A stretch of 32,000 bases of DNA, from assembly GCF_014280175.1 (NCBI RefSeq), contig NZ_CP047931.1, positions 870,001-902,000 on the forward strand. The letters are read 5' to 3'. This DNA comes from Synechococcus sp. A15-28 (GTDB lineage Bacteria; Cyanobacteriota; Cyanobacteriia; PCC-6307; Cyanobiaceae). The notes below the pieces were generated by a model that saw nothing but the letters and a program-made list of their open reading frames with translations, was not told the DNA's origin and did no database searches. The position numbers and the translations under genes are program-made. This document shows, in pieces, positions 18,445-28,117 of this stretch (within the stretch, counting starts at the first letter, position 1; every line of letters begins with the position of its first letter).

Positions 18445-19418
18445 ATAACGTGGGCCTTGTGAACGCCTTGCGCAGGACCAGTGGTCTGTTGGCGAAGCGC
18501 GATATTCGCTCGGCCGCTGCCACCTTTTACCATCAGCCCTTCCCGCAGCTGGGTTTGGCCGGGATGCTGGGTGATGACGCTGCTGTGCTGCCTGCGCAGA
18601 GCGGTCAACTGTTGTTGGCCTGTGAGGGGATGAATCCAGAGCTCGTTGAAGAGGACCCCTGGTTTGCAGGTTGGAGTGGGGTGCTGGTCAATCTCAGTGA
18701 CATCGCGGCTATGGGGGGGCGACCGCTGGCGCTTGTGAACAGCGTGTGGAGCGGCCATGTGGAGGGGATGAGCAGCCTTCTGGATGGGATGCGTTTTGCG
18801 TGTGATCGCTTCGGTGTCCCCATGGTTGGTGGCCACTCCAACCAGCAGAGCTTTTATCAGGCGCTCTCGGTGTCTGTTCTCGGTGTCGCGGAGGGTCCCG
18901 TCCTGTCCGCTCGCGCAGCACGTTCTGGCGATGAGCTGTGGATGCTGGTGAACAAAACAGGAGGCTTCTATCGCCACTACCCCTTCTGGGATGCTGCGAC
19001 CCATGCCCCGCCTGAGCGTCTTCGTGCGCAACTTGCCTTAATGCCCACGCTGGCCGCTGAACGGCTGGTGCACGCCGCCAAGGACATCAGCATGGGAGGC
19101 ATCACCGGCACCGCTGTGATGTTTGCCGAGGCGTGTGGTCATCAGTTAATCCTTGACCTGGATGCCGTGGAACGACCTGAAGACATCCGCGACGAAGCTT
19201 GGCTGACCTGCTTCCCGAGCTTCGGATATCTGCTGGCTGTCGCCCCTTCGCGTACTGCAGCCTTGACGCAATTGATCTCACGTGATTCCACGTTGATTTG
19301 TTGCCGTGTCGGACACTTTGCCATGGGCGATTGCAGCGTGCTGTTGCAACATTCAGGTGAGACCCATCATTTCTGGGATGGAGGCGATCCGCTCACTGGT
19401 TTTGGCTGTGTTCGATGA
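18441..19418 (+). CDS. Sll0787 family AIR synthase-like protein (NitF-like)
   Basis: GDDAAVLPAQSG…VNLSDIAAMGGRPLALV…GGHSNQQS…DELWM; AIR-synthase/ThiL-like fold motifs. Confidence 0.85.
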   Translation: MNNVGLVNALRRTSGLLAKRDIRSAAATFYHQPFPQLGLAGMLGDDAAVLPAQSGQLLLACEGMNPELVEEDPWFAGWSGVLVNLSDIAAMGGRPLALVNSVWSGHVEGMSSLLDGMRFACDRFGVPMVGGHSNQQSFYQALSVSVLGVAEGPVLSARAARSGDELWMLVNKTGGFYRHYPFWDAATHAPPERLRAQLALMPTLAAERLVHAAKDISMGGITGTAVMFAEACGHQLILDLDAVERPEDIRDEAWLTCFPSFGYLLAVAPSRTAALTQLISRDSTLICCRVGHFAMGDCSVLLQHSGETHHFWDGGDPLTGFGCVR

Positions 19419-19470
19419 AACAGTCATGAGCAATGTTGCCGTGCAGAATCGATGAGTAAAGCAACGATCC

Positions 19471-19752
19471 ATGCCTGAAGTTCGCTTTCAACTGGAGTGG
19501 CCAGACGGGCAATCCAGTACGTTATATTCGCCATCAACGGTGATTCTCGATTATTTCCGACCTGGCGATTCGCTGTTGGTTTCTGAGCTTGAGGCGCGCG
19601 GAGTTGAAGCTCTTCGTGCAGCGTCAGAGCGCGTTCGTGCGAGGTTTGGCTTTGCCTGTACGCGTGCGGACGAAGAAGAATCTCTTCTGCGCCAATGGGT
19701 CTCTCGCTACAGCTCCAATGACACGGTTCATGTGACCAGTCAACTTTCCTGA
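19471..19752 (+). CDS. MSMEG_0570 family nitrogen starvation response protein (NitG-like)
   Basis: 93 aa; [25 protein letters not shown]…FRPGD; operon position. Confidence 0.85.
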   Translation: MPEVRFQLEWPDGQSSTLYSPSTVILDYFRPGDSLLVSELEARGVEALRAASERVRARFGFACTRADEEESLLRQWVSRYSSNDTVHVTSQLS

Positions 19753-19778
19753 TTGTCATTTTTACGGATTTCTTTTTT

Positions 19779-20246
19779 ATGTCTGGAAAACCTCCTTTCC
19801 CCCCGTTCACCCTGGAAACGGCTCGCCAGAAAGCGCGCATGGCGGAAAATGCTTGGAACAGTAAGGATCCCGACAAGGTCTCATTGGCTTACACCGAAGA
19901 CAGCGTGTGGAGAAATCGCAGTGAATTCATTCACGGCCGCGCTGAAATCCTCGCTTTTCTACAGCGCAAATGGGCCAAAGAACTGGATTACAAACTGATC
20001 AAAGAAGTCTGGGCCTGTAGCGATAACCGGATTGCTGTGCGCTTTCAGTACGAGTGGCATGACGCCGAGGGCCAGTGGTTCAGAGCCCACGGCAACGAGA
20101 ACTGGGAGTTTGCCGAGAACGGCTTGATGCGCAGACGTGAAGCCAGTATTAATGATGTTCCGATCGCTGAGAGCGACCGCCTGTTCAGCTGGGGGGATGG
20201 TCCGCGTCCGGACGATTTCCCGGGTTTGACGGACCTGGGACTCTGA
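19779..20246 (+). CDS. NTF2-like / DUF1348 family protein
   Basis: [61 protein letters not shown]…[23 protein letters not shown]. Confidence 0.88.
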   Translation: MSGKPPFPPFTLETARQKARMAENAWNSKDPDKVSLAYTEDSVWRNRSEFIHGRAEILAFLQRKWAKELDYKLIKEVWACSDNRIAVRFQYEWHDAEGQWFRAHGNENWEFAENGLMRRREASINDVPIAESDRLFSWGDGPRPDDFPGLTDLGL

Positions 20247-20247
20247 A

Positions 20248-21039
20248 TTGATGGGGCAAGGCCGCTACTCACTGCCGCAGGCAATCACCTCCATCGTGGA
20301 CCTGCGGCTGTTCATGGAACACCACGTGTTCGCGGTGTGGGATTTCATGCTCCTGCTCAAGACCTTGCAGCAGCACCTGGCTCCTTCCGGCGTTCCCTGG
20401 GTGCCACCAACCCATCCCGAGATTGCTGGCCTGGTGAACAGCTTGGTAGCGGAAGAGGAATGTGATCTTCTGCCTGGCAGCCTTGGGGGACCTCTTCATC
20501 TCTCCCATTTCGGGATTTACAGGCGAGCAATGGTGGAGATCGAGGCGAACACTTCGGTCATCGATGCGGTGTTGGAGTTGACGTCGTGTGGTGATCTCGC
20601 CTCTGCTTTGCACCATCCGGAAATTCCAGCGCCATCGGCTCGTTTCCTACGCACTACCCAGGCGTTGATCGCCTCCGGGGAAGTGCACGCGCTGGCGGCG
20701 GCGTTTGCCTATGGCCGGGAGCTGTTGGTTCCCAATCTGTTTCGCGGGCTGCTCGATCGCCTGACCGTGCTGGAGCTGCCTTGTCCGACTTTGCGCTGGT
20801 ACCTCGAGCGCCACATCGTTCTGGATGGCGACAGCCATGGGCCGTTGGCGGAAACGATGGTGCTCACCCTGGCCGGCAACGACCCTGCGGCGCATCAGAC
20901 GGTGCAGACCGTGAGGAGGCAGGTGCTTGCTGAGCGTTCTGCGTTCTGGGATGCGATTGAGAACCAGCTTCGGGACAGGTCTCAGACCAATCGATCCGGT
21001 GGCGAGCATTCACAGATGCTCTCCTCTGTTCTGGTCTGA
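20248..21039 (+). CDS. DUF3050 family protein; putative heme-oxygenase-like fold
   Basis: FMEHHVFAVWDFMLLLKTLQ, EEECDLLPG, FAYGRELLVPNLF, YLERHIVLDGDSHGPLAE. Confidence 0.8.
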   Translation: MMGQGRYSLPQAITSIVDLRLFMEHHVFAVWDFMLLLKTLQQHLAPSGVPWVPPTHPEIAGLVNSLVAEEECDLLPGSLGGPLHLSHFGIYRRAMVEIEANTSVIDAVLELTSCGDLASALHHPEIPAPSARFLRTTQALIASGEVHALAAAFAYGRELLVPNLFRGLLDRLTVLELPCPTLRWYLERHIVLDGDSHGPLAETMVLTLAGNDPAAHQTVQTVRRQVLAERSAFWDAIENQLRDRSQTNRSGGEHSQMLSSVLV

Positions 21040-21180
21040 CCTAACCCACACCGCATTGGCACAGGCGGCTTGTTTGGTGTTTTGGAGTGAGTTTGTGTCG
21101 TGTTGGCTGAGCTGATTGCCCCATCTGGTTTCCGGTTTTGACCCTGACCTGATCCATTCCTCTGCAGAATCGCTGCATTG

Positions 21181-22374
21181 ATGGTGAGCGTGGTGGCTGG
21201 AGCTGGTGTGAATCCTGCGGATCAGCGCTGGGGTTTCTGGCCGCTGCTGCCGCTCTATCCCTATGGCCGCCGCCACACGGTGTTCAGTGAGTTGATCCCT
21301 GGCCAGCTCTGGAGTCTGGAGCAGCTGCAGGGGGTGTATTACGTGGCCGTTCCGGTGCGGCTCACCGTTGCCAAGGTGCCCGGTGGCTTGATGTTGGTGA
21401 ACCCACTGCCGCCCACCGGTGAGGTTCGCCAAGCCATTGCCGGGCTGGAACAGCAGCATGGGCCCGTGCGCACGATCGTGCTGCCCACCGCCTCTGGTCT
21501 GGAGCACAAGCTGCCCCTCGGCCCCCTGGCCCGCGCCTTCCCGGGTGCAGAAATTTGGGTGTGTCCGGGTCAGTGGAGTTTTCCGGTGCAGTTGCCTCTG
21601 GCCTGGTTGGGCGTTCCGGCACGCCGCACCAAGGTCTTGTTCGACGATGGCGTCCCCCATGGCGATGTTTGTGAGTGGTTGTCGTTGGGACCCCTCGACC
21701 TTGGTGTCGGTCGTTTCCAGGAGATCTCCTGTTTTCATCGTCCGTCAGGCGCTCTGCTGGTCACCGACGCCCTTGTGGGCATCAGTGTTGAGCCGCCTTC
21801 GCTGTTTGATCTCGACCCCACGCCTCTGTTGTTCCACGCCCGCGAGCGGGGTGATCAGCCTTTGCACGACACGCCCGAGGCGCGTCGACGTGGTTGGGCG
21901 CGGCTGGTGCTGTTTGCCTCCTACCTGCGGCCGGAACCGTTGGAGGTGCCAACCCTCAAGGAGGTGTTTCGCCATGCCTTTCGCCCCGGTCTGCGATCGG
22001 CCAAAGCCCACTTCGGGCTCTATCCCTTTCGGTGGAAGCCGGGTTGGGAGGCCGCCGCTGCTGAGTTGATGAGGGAAGCGGAGCCCAAAATTCAGGTGGC
22101 GCCGGTGTTGGAGCGGTTGGTGTTACCCCGTGCCAAGAAATCTCTGCTCGATTGGTTGGAGCAGCTGGGTCAATGGAGCGATCTGCGCTGGCTGGTGTCA
22201 GCCCACTACAGCGCTCCCATCGGTTTCACGACAGGAACGTTGGCTTCACTTGTTCGGGATCTGACCGAACGCCCCTGGGCACCCAGCACCAGCAACTGGG
22301 AGTTTCTTGGATCGATTGATCAACGCTTGCTGGATCTCGGCGTAGTGCCTGAGCAACCTCGTCTCAGAAGTTGA
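21181..22374 (+). CDS. DUF4336 domain-containing protein
   Basis: ~397 aa ORF, MVSVVAGAGVNPADQRWGFWPLLPLYPYGRRHTVFSEL…; metallo-hydrolase-like conserved cyanobacterial protein; intact member of the repeat family above. Confidence 0.8.
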   Translation: MVSVVAGAGVNPADQRWGFWPLLPLYPYGRRHTVFSELIPGQLWSLEQLQGVYYVAVPVRLTVAKVPGGLMLVNPLPPTGEVRQAIAGLEQQHGPVRTIVLPTASGLEHKLPLGPLARAFPGAEIWVCPGQWSFPVQLPLAWLGVPARRTKVLFDDGVPHGDVCEWLSLGPLDLGVGRFQEISCFHRPSGALLVTDALVGISVEPPSLFDLDPTPLLFHARERGDQPLHDTPEARRRGWARLVLFASYLRPEPLEVPTLKEVFRHAFRPGLRSAKAHFGLYPFRWKPGWEAAAAELMREAEPKIQVAPVLERLVLPRAKKSLLDWLEQLGQWSDLRWLVSAHYSAPIGFTTGTLASLVRDLTERPWAPSTSNWEFLGSIDQRLLDLGVVPEQPRLRS

Positions 22375-22717
22375 GTTCGTCGTCCGGCTCGATGGCCATC
22401 TGCTCATCAGCGAACAAGGTCTCTTCCAGCTCCTTGCGCTGCTCCATCTGACGCAGGAAGTAGCCCGTCATCATGGCTGAAGCGAGCATGTTGGCCAGGT
22501 TGTCGCGGTTGGCTGTGACCTTCACTTCGAAGTGTTCACCGGGGAGCATGCCCAGCAACCCTTGAACGTTGTGGCGAATGATGTCCTGGATGTCGTTGCT
22601 GGCGGACTTGGCGACACGCTGCAAGGTGTCCGGTGTCTGCTCCTGCAGGTACTGGATCAGGCTGTTCCCCGCTTGACCGTCGTTGCTGTCAGTGGTCAGG
22701 AACTCGGGGTTGAACAT
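22364..22717 (-). CDS. DUF760 domain-containing protein
   Basis: NSLIQYLQEQTPDTLQRVAKSASNDIQDIIRHNVQGLLGMLPGEHFEVKVT…RDNLANMLASAMMTGYFLRQMEQR. Confidence 0.8.
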   Translation of the reverse strand: MFNPEFLTTDSNDGQAGNSLIQYLQEQTPDTLQRVAKSASNDIQDIIRHNVQGLLGMLPGEHFEVKVTANRDNLANMLASAMMTGYFLRQMEQRKELEETLFADEQMAIEPDDELNF

Positions 22718-22765
22718 CCGTTGTGATCTACATCACGGACCTGACCCTAACGCAAGCACCCGTGA

Positions 22766-23359
22766 TCAACTGCCATCAGCAGGGGCGGGGATCCGTAAGG
22801 GACCGAACTGCTGCAACGGCCAATAGCGCCAGATCGCTGTTCCGATCACGTTGCGCTCCGGCAACGGTCCCCACAGATGGGAATCCAGGCTGGCGTTGCG
22901 GTTGTCACCCATCACCCAGAGCTGATCTTCGGGCACCTGAACCGGTGCCATGGCGTAGTCCATGGCTTCGCTGATCCAGGGCTCTTTGACCTCCTCACCA
23001 TTGCGGCGCAGAACGCCGTTCTCCACCATCAACTGATCACCGGGCAAGCCCACCACCCGTTTGATCAAGGCTGCGTTGGGGTCGTATCCCGCGGCCACCA
23101 GCTGCTGCGGCGGTGCAAACACCACCACATCCCCGCGCTGCAGGTGCCGATGCAGGCGTCGGGTCAGCCGAGGTCGGATCTTCTCCACCAGGATCCGGTC
23201 CTGCAGCTGCAGGGTGGGCAGCATCGACCCCGATGGGATCCAGCGCGGTTCCACCACCACCCAGCGCAGTAAGAGCGCCAGCAGTGCCCAGACGATCAGG
23301 TTCCGCCAGAACCCTTTGGAGCTCTCCTGGACGGGGGGTGTGGTGAATGGGGGCGTCAT
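22766..23359 (-). CDS. lepB: Signal peptidase I
   Basis: PSGSMLPTLQLQDRILVEK catalytic Ser region, VGLPGD, WVMGDNRNASLDSHLWGPLPERNVIG; ATG at 23357-23359 preferred to longer ORF. Confidence 0.93.
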   Translation of the reverse strand: MTPPFTTPPVQESSKGFWRNLIVWALLALLLRWVVVEPRWIPSGSMLPTLQLQDRILVEKIRPRLTRRLHRHLQRGDVVVFAPPQQLVAAGYDPNAALIKRVVGLPGDQLMVENGVLRRNGEEVKEPWISEAMDYAMAPVQVPEDQLWVMGDNRNASLDSHLWGPLPERNVIGTAIWRYWPLQQFGPLRIPAPADGS

Positions 23360-23458
23360 TGACCCAAGATCGCACCAGCCAGACCCCCTGCACTGACCAC
23401 TGCCCGCGCCAATCTGCAGGCGGCCCTGACGCTGCTGGACGGTCTGCGTCAGCAGGGC

Positions 23459-25093
23459 ATGACGCGGCTGGTGCTGTGTCCGGGCAGCCGTTCCGGTCCA
23501 TTGGCGGCTGCTGCCGGGCTGTTGGCAGCCCGAGGTGATCTGGCGTTGACCACGGCCATTGATGAACGGTCGGCGGCCTTTCTCGCCCTGGGCATGGCCA
23601 CCGCCCGTGGTCGTGCTGTGGCGGTGGTCACCACCTCCGGCACAGCCGTCGCCAACCTGCTGCCGGCAGCCGTTGAAGCCGACCGTTCCACCCAGCCGCT
23701 GCTGCTGCTCACCGCTGATCGCCCCGCCCGGTTGAAAAATTGCGGTGCCAATCAAACCGTGAATCAGGAGCAGTTTCTGCAGCCGGTCTGCCGTTGGCTG
23801 GGCCATGGAGATCCAGCAGGGCTGGCGAGCCAAACGGCGGAAGCCTTGGGCCATCTGGCCACGGAGGCCTGGCGTTTCTGCCATGGCCATCCCCCAGGGC
23901 CGGTGCAGCTCAACCTTCCCTTTGAAGAACCCCTGCATGCCTCGGTCGCTGACCAGAGTGGCCTGCAGGGATCTGCTCCGCTGACCGCTCCAGCCGTTGT
24001 CGTGCAGGGCCCGTCAGGAGATGTTCCCCGGCTCAATCCCGAGGCCCCAGGTGTTGTGGTGGCTGGCCCCTGGCGGGGATTGGCTCCGGCCTTGCAGGCC
24101 TATCAGCGGGCTGCTCGGCAGTGGTTGATCCGCAGTGGCTGGCCGTTGCTGGCGGATCCGCTGGCGGCGATCCCGGCCGACTGTCCTGGGCAGGTGGAGG
24201 GCTGGGAACTGCAGCTCGACAGTCTTCCTCTCAGCTCGAACAGCCAGGTGCTGCGGTTGGGGCCGCTGCCCGCCAGTCGGCGGTTGGAAGCCTGGTTGCA
24301 GCGGCAGACGGGCCCGCAACTGCTGATCAGCGAAGGGGAGCCGCGCGGTCTGGACCCCCTGGGCATGGCTGCTCAATGGAGTGGTGGCCTGGCGGCCTGG
24401 TGGGCGGCACAGGAGCAGGACCCCGCTGCAAGTCCGTCGTTGGATCGTCCGACGCTTCACTCCGACATGGCAGCGCTGCTGCAGGGGCGACTGCCTCTGC
24501 AGGGGGCCATCAATGAACCCGCCCTGGCTTATTGGTTGCCGAAGCTGCTGCCGCCGAAGCTGCCGGTGATGCTGGCGGCCAGCTCCCCCGTGCGGGACTG
24601 GCTGGTCTGGGGGGGGCTTCAGGCCCACAACCGCCGCTGCTACAGCTTCCGCGGCGCATCCGGCATTGATGGGACCCTTTCCTTAGCCATGGGTCTAGCG
24701 CTGGAGCTGGGTCCCCTGGTGCTGGTGACGGGGGACCTGGCCCTGCTGCATGACAGCAATGGCTGGCTCCATGCCGCCCAATGCGATCCACCCCTGCTGG
24801 TGCTGCTGATCGACAACCAGGGCGGCGGCATCTTCCAGCAGCTGCCGATTGAGTCCCGCCAGTTCGACCGTCTCTTCGCCATGCCCCAACGGGTCAATCC
24901 CCTGGCCCTGGCGGCAGCCCACGGCATTGAGGGACGGCAGGTGGCCTGCCTGGAGGACCTGCCCGCTGCCCTCGACTGGGGACTGGCCCAGGGGCGGCCG
25001 GCACTGCTGCGGCTGGCGACGGACCGAGGGGCCGATGCCTCCCTGCGGAGTCAGCTGCGGGCCGCTGCGCAGAATGCAGAGCCGATGCTCTGA
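23459..25093 (+). CDS. menD: 2-succinyl-5-enolpyruvyl-6-hydroxy-3-cyclohexene-1-carboxylate synthase (MenD); N-terminus likely begins upstream of this ATG
   Basis: [44 protein letters not shown], ThDP-binding [12 protein letters not shown]…IDNQGGGIF. Confidence 0.92.
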   Translation: MTRLVLCPGSRSGPLAAAAGLLAARGDLALTTAIDERSAAFLALGMATARGRAVAVVTTSGTAVANLLPAAVEADRSTQPLLLLTADRPARLKNCGANQTVNQEQFLQPVCRWLGHGDPAGLASQTAEALGHLATEAWRFCHGHPPGPVQLNLPFEEPLHASVADQSGLQGSAPLTAPAVVVQGPSGDVPRLNPEAPGVVVAGPWRGLAPALQAYQRAARQWLIRSGWPLLADPLAAIPADCPGQVEGWELQLDSLPLSSNSQVLRLGPLPASRRLEAWLQRQTGPQLLISEGEPRGLDPLGMAAQWSGGLAAWWAAQEQDPAASPSLDRPTLHSDMAALLQGRLPLQGAINEPALAYWLPKLLPPKLPVMLAASSPVRDWLVWGGLQAHNRRCYSFRGASGIDGTLSLAMGLALELGPLVLVTGDLALLHDSNGWLHAAQCDPPLLVLLIDNQGGGIFQQLPIESRQFDRLFAMPQRVNPLALAAAHGIEGRQVACLEDLPAALDWGLAQGRPALLRLATDRGADASLRSQLRAAAQNAEPML

Positions 25094-25098
25094 AGCTG

Positions 25099-25968
25099 AT
25101 GGCCGAGTCACAGCAGGTGCTCCCCGGTGACCCCGCAGCCCAGTGGCAACCCTGGGGGAGCTACACCGACATCCTGGTGGACCGCTGCAGCGAGGGCATC
25201 GCCCGGGTGGCGATCAACCGCCCCGCCAAGCGCAATGCCTTTCGGCCTCAGACCGTGGTGGAGCTCTGCGATGCCTTCAGCCGCATCCGCGATGACCGCG
25301 AGATCGGCGTGGTGCTGTTCACCGGCGTCGGCCCTGCCCCGGATGGTGGTTACGCCTTCTGCTCCGGCGGTGATCAGAGCGTGCGGGGTGACGGCGGCTA
25401 TGTCGGCGACGACGGCCTTCCACGCCTCAATGTGCTGGATCTGCAGCGGATCATCCGCAGCCTGCCCAAGGTGGTGATCGCCCTGGTGGCGGGATACGCC
25501 ATGGGGGGTGGCCAGGTGCTGCATCTGCTCTGTGACCTGAGCCTGGCGGCGGACAACGCTGTCTTCGGGCAGACCGGCCCCAAGGTGGGCAGTTTTGACG
25601 GCGGGTTCGGAGCCGGCTATCTCGCCAGGGTGGTGGGGCAGCGCAAAGCGCGGGAGATCTGGTTCCTTTGCCGGCGTTACGGCGCGGACGAGGCCCTGCG
25701 GATGGGGTTGGTCAATGGCGTGGTCCCCCTGGATCAACTGGAGGCCGAGGGGGTGCGCTGGGCCCGGGAGGTGTTGCAGCACAGTCCGACGGCGATCCGT
25801 TGCCTCAAGGCGGCGTTCAACGCGGAGACCGATGGGCTGGCCGGCATCCAGGAGCTGGCCGGTAACGCGACCCATCTGTTTTATCGAACCGATGAGGCGC
25901 TGGAGGGCCGCAACGCCTTCCTCGAGAAGCGCCCCCCTGACTTCTCTGAAACCGGCTGGCTACCTTGA
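25099..25968 (+). CDS. menB: 1,4-dihydroxy-2-naphthoyl-CoA synthase
   Basis: Crotonase-fold motifs: [63 protein letters not shown]; adjacent to menD. Confidence 0.95.
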   Translation: MAESQQVLPGDPAAQWQPWGSYTDILVDRCSEGIARVAINRPAKRNAFRPQTVVELCDAFSRIRDDREIGVVLFTGVGPAPDGGYAFCSGGDQSVRGDGGYVGDDGLPRLNVLDLQRIIRSLPKVVIALVAGYAMGGGQVLHLLCDLSLAADNAVFGQTGPKVGSFDGGFGAGYLARVVGQRKAREIWFLCRRYGADEALRMGLVNGVVPLDQLEAEGVRWAREVLQHSPTAIRCLKAAFNAETDGLAGIQELAGNATHLFYRTDEALEGRNAFLEKRPPDFSETGWLP

Positions 25969-25972
25969 GCTA

Positions 25973-26518
25973 ATGCTTCCGGTCACCCTCCCAGAACCCT
26001 TGCCCCTGCTGCAGGCGGCCTCGATGGATTCGGTGATGGAAGCCCTGGCGTCGCTGCCGGCGGAACTGCGTGATCAGCAGGATCGCCACATCGTTCTGCT
26101 GCGGGGGCGGCGGCGTCTGCTGCTGCTTGAAAACGGAGATTTGCGTCTCGCCTTTCCCGTGGCCACCGGCATGCCCGGGTGGGAGACCCCCACCGGCAGT
26201 TTTGCGGTGTTTCAGAAAATCGATCGCCCCGTCTGGGTGCATCCCGTCACCGGTGAGCGGGTGGAGGAGCAGGGGCCGGACAACCCCCTCGGCAGCCACT
26301 GGATGGCCTTCCATCGCGACTGTCTTGGCCGCGATGCCCATGACGGCGATCAGTGGATCACGATCAACGGTTGCACCACCACTGGCTTCCATGGCACCCC
26401 CCATCGCTGGACCGTGGGCCGGGCCATTTCCCATGGCTGTGTGCGTCTCTACAACGAGGACGTGAGCAGCCTCTACGGGCAGGTGACGATCGGCACGCCC
26501 GTGACGGTGCTGCCCTGA
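25973..26518 (+). CDS. L,D-transpeptidase (YkuD domain)
   Basis: [29 protein letters not shown] catalytic motif; ATG at 25973 preferred, upstream ORF part overlaps menB. Confidence 0.88.
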   Translation: MLPVTLPEPLPLLQAASMDSVMEALASLPAELRDQQDRHIVLLRGRRRLLLLENGDLRLAFPVATGMPGWETPTGSFAVFQKIDRPVWVHPVTGERVEEQGPDNPLGSHWMAFHRDCLGRDAHDGDQWITINGCTTTGFHGTPHRWTVGRAISHGCVRLYNEDVSSLYGQVTIGTPVTVLP

Positions 26519-26573
26519 GCCGGCAGATCGACGAATTCCCCTTAAAGTCGCCGCGCCAACGCCGATTTCATCC

Positions 26574-28115
26574 ATGCGCATCCTCTTCGCTGCCGCGGAA
26601 TGCGCCCCGATGATCAAGGTCGGTGGCATGGGGGATGTGGTCGGATCCCTGCCGCCGGCTCTGGCTCGGCTTGACCATGACGTGCGGCTGATCATGCCCG
26701 GCTACTCCAAGCTCTGGAGCAAGCTGACGATCTCCGAAGAACCCATCTGGCGCGCCCGGACGATGGGGACGGAATTTGCGGTTTACGAGACCAAGCATCC
26801 CGGCAATGGGATGACCATCTACCTGGTGGGCCATCCGGTGTTCGATCCCGAGCGGATCTACGGCGGTGAAGACGAGGACTGGCGCTTCACCTTCTTCGCC
26901 AGTGCCGCCGCTGAATTCGCCTGGAACGTCTGGAAACCGAATGTTCTTCACTGCCACGACTGGCACACCGGCATGATCCCGGTCTGGATGCACCAGGACC
27001 CCGAGATCAGCACGGTCTTCACCATCCACAACCTCAAGTACCAGGGCCCCTGGCGCTGGAAGCTGGACCGCATCACCTGGTGCCCCTGGTACATGCAGGG
27101 TGACCACACCATGGCCGCAGCCCTGCTCTACGCCGATCGGGTCAACGCCGTGTCCCCCACCTACGCCGAGGAAATCCGCACGGCGGAGTACGGCGAAAAG
27201 CTGGACGGGTTGCTCAATTTCGTCTCCGGCAAGCTGCGCGGCATCCTCAACGGCATCGACCTCGACGCCTGGAACCCCCAGATCGACCGGGCTCTGCCGG
27301 CCACCTTCAGTGCCGATGACCTCTCCGGTAAAGCGGTCTGCAAGCGGGTGCTGCAGGAGCGCATGGGCCTGCAGGTTCGTGATGACGCCTTTGTGCTCGG
27401 CATGGTGAGCCGACTGGTGGATCAGAAGGGTGTTGATCTGCTTCTGCAGGTGGCAGACCGCGTGCTGGCTTACACCGACACGCAGATCGTGGTGCTCGGC
27501 ACCGGCGACCGTGGTCTGGAATCCGGCCTGTGGCAGTTGGCCTCCCGCCATGCCGGCCGTTGCGCTGTCTTCCTCACCTACGACGACGACCTCTCCCGCC
27601 TGATCTACGCCGGCAGTGACGCCTTCCTGATGCCCAGCCGCTTCGAGCCCTGTGGCATCAGCCAGTTGTATGCCATGCGCTACGGCTCCGTTCCCGTGGT
27701 GCGCAAGGTGGGCGGCCTGGTGGACACCGTTCCTCCCCACAGCCCCGCCGATGCCAGCGGGACCGGTTTCTGCTTCGATCGCTTCGAGCCGGTGGACTTC
27801 TACACCGCCCTGGTGCGGGCCTGGGAGGCCTATCGCCATCGCGACAGCTGGCAGGCGTTGCAGAAGCGCGGCATGCAGCAGGACTACAGCTGGGACCGCT
27901 CCGCCATCGATTACGACGTCATGTACCGCGATGTCTGCGGTCTGAAGGAACCCACCCCCGATGCTGCGATGGTGGAACACTTCTCCCAAGGACAGGCGGC
28001 GGATCCCTCCCGCCCTGAGGATGATGGACTGACTGTGGCTCCCGCAGCGGTCTCCGCACCGTCTGGCCCGAGCCGCAATCCCCTCAACCGTCTCTTCGGC
28101 CGCAGGGCCGGCTGA
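26574..28115 (+). CDS. glgA: Glycogen synthase
   Basis: [24 protein letters not shown]-terminal motif, [46 protein letters not shown]. Confidence 0.96.
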   Translation: MRILFAAAECAPMIKVGGMGDVVGSLPPALARLDHDVRLIMPGYSKLWSKLTISEEPIWRARTMGTEFAVYETKHPGNGMTIYLVGHPVFDPERIYGGEDEDWRFTFFASAAAEFAWNVWKPNVLHCHDWHTGMIPVWMHQDPEISTVFTIHNLKYQGPWRWKLDRITWCPWYMQGDHTMAAALLYADRVNAVSPTYAEEIRTAEYGEKLDGLLNFVSGKLRGILNGIDLDAWNPQIDRALPATFSADDLSGKAVCKRVLQERMGLQVRDDAFVLGMVSRLVDQKGVDLLLQVADRVLAYTDTQIVVLGTGDRGLESGLWQLASRHAGRCAVFLTYDDDLSRLIYAGSDAFLMPSRFEPCGISQLYAMRYGSVPVVRKVGGLVDTVPPHSPADASGTGFCFDRFEPVDFYTALVRAWEAYRHRDSWQALQKRGMQQDYSWDRSAIDYDVMYRDVCGLKEPTPDAAMVEHFSQGQAADPSRPEDDGLTVAPAAVSAPSGPSRNPLNRLFGRRAG

Positions 28116-28117
28116 TC

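Noticed and set aside
21010-21738. 242 aa ORF antisense to DUF4336 gene start
   Set aside because: Composition artefact overlapping a well-supported gene.
25108-25875. 255 aa ORF antisense to menB
   Set aside because: menB is strongly supported; antisense product lacks domain features.
25595-25972. N-terminal extension of the L,D-transpeptidase ORF into menB
   Set aside because: Overlaps menB and is out-of-frame shadow sequence; ATG 25973 gives a normal start.
26568-27989. 473 aa ORF antisense to glgA
   Set aside because: Long antisense frame expected in GC-rich DNA; opposite strand glgA has unambiguous motifs; product is low-complexity with no recognisable domain.
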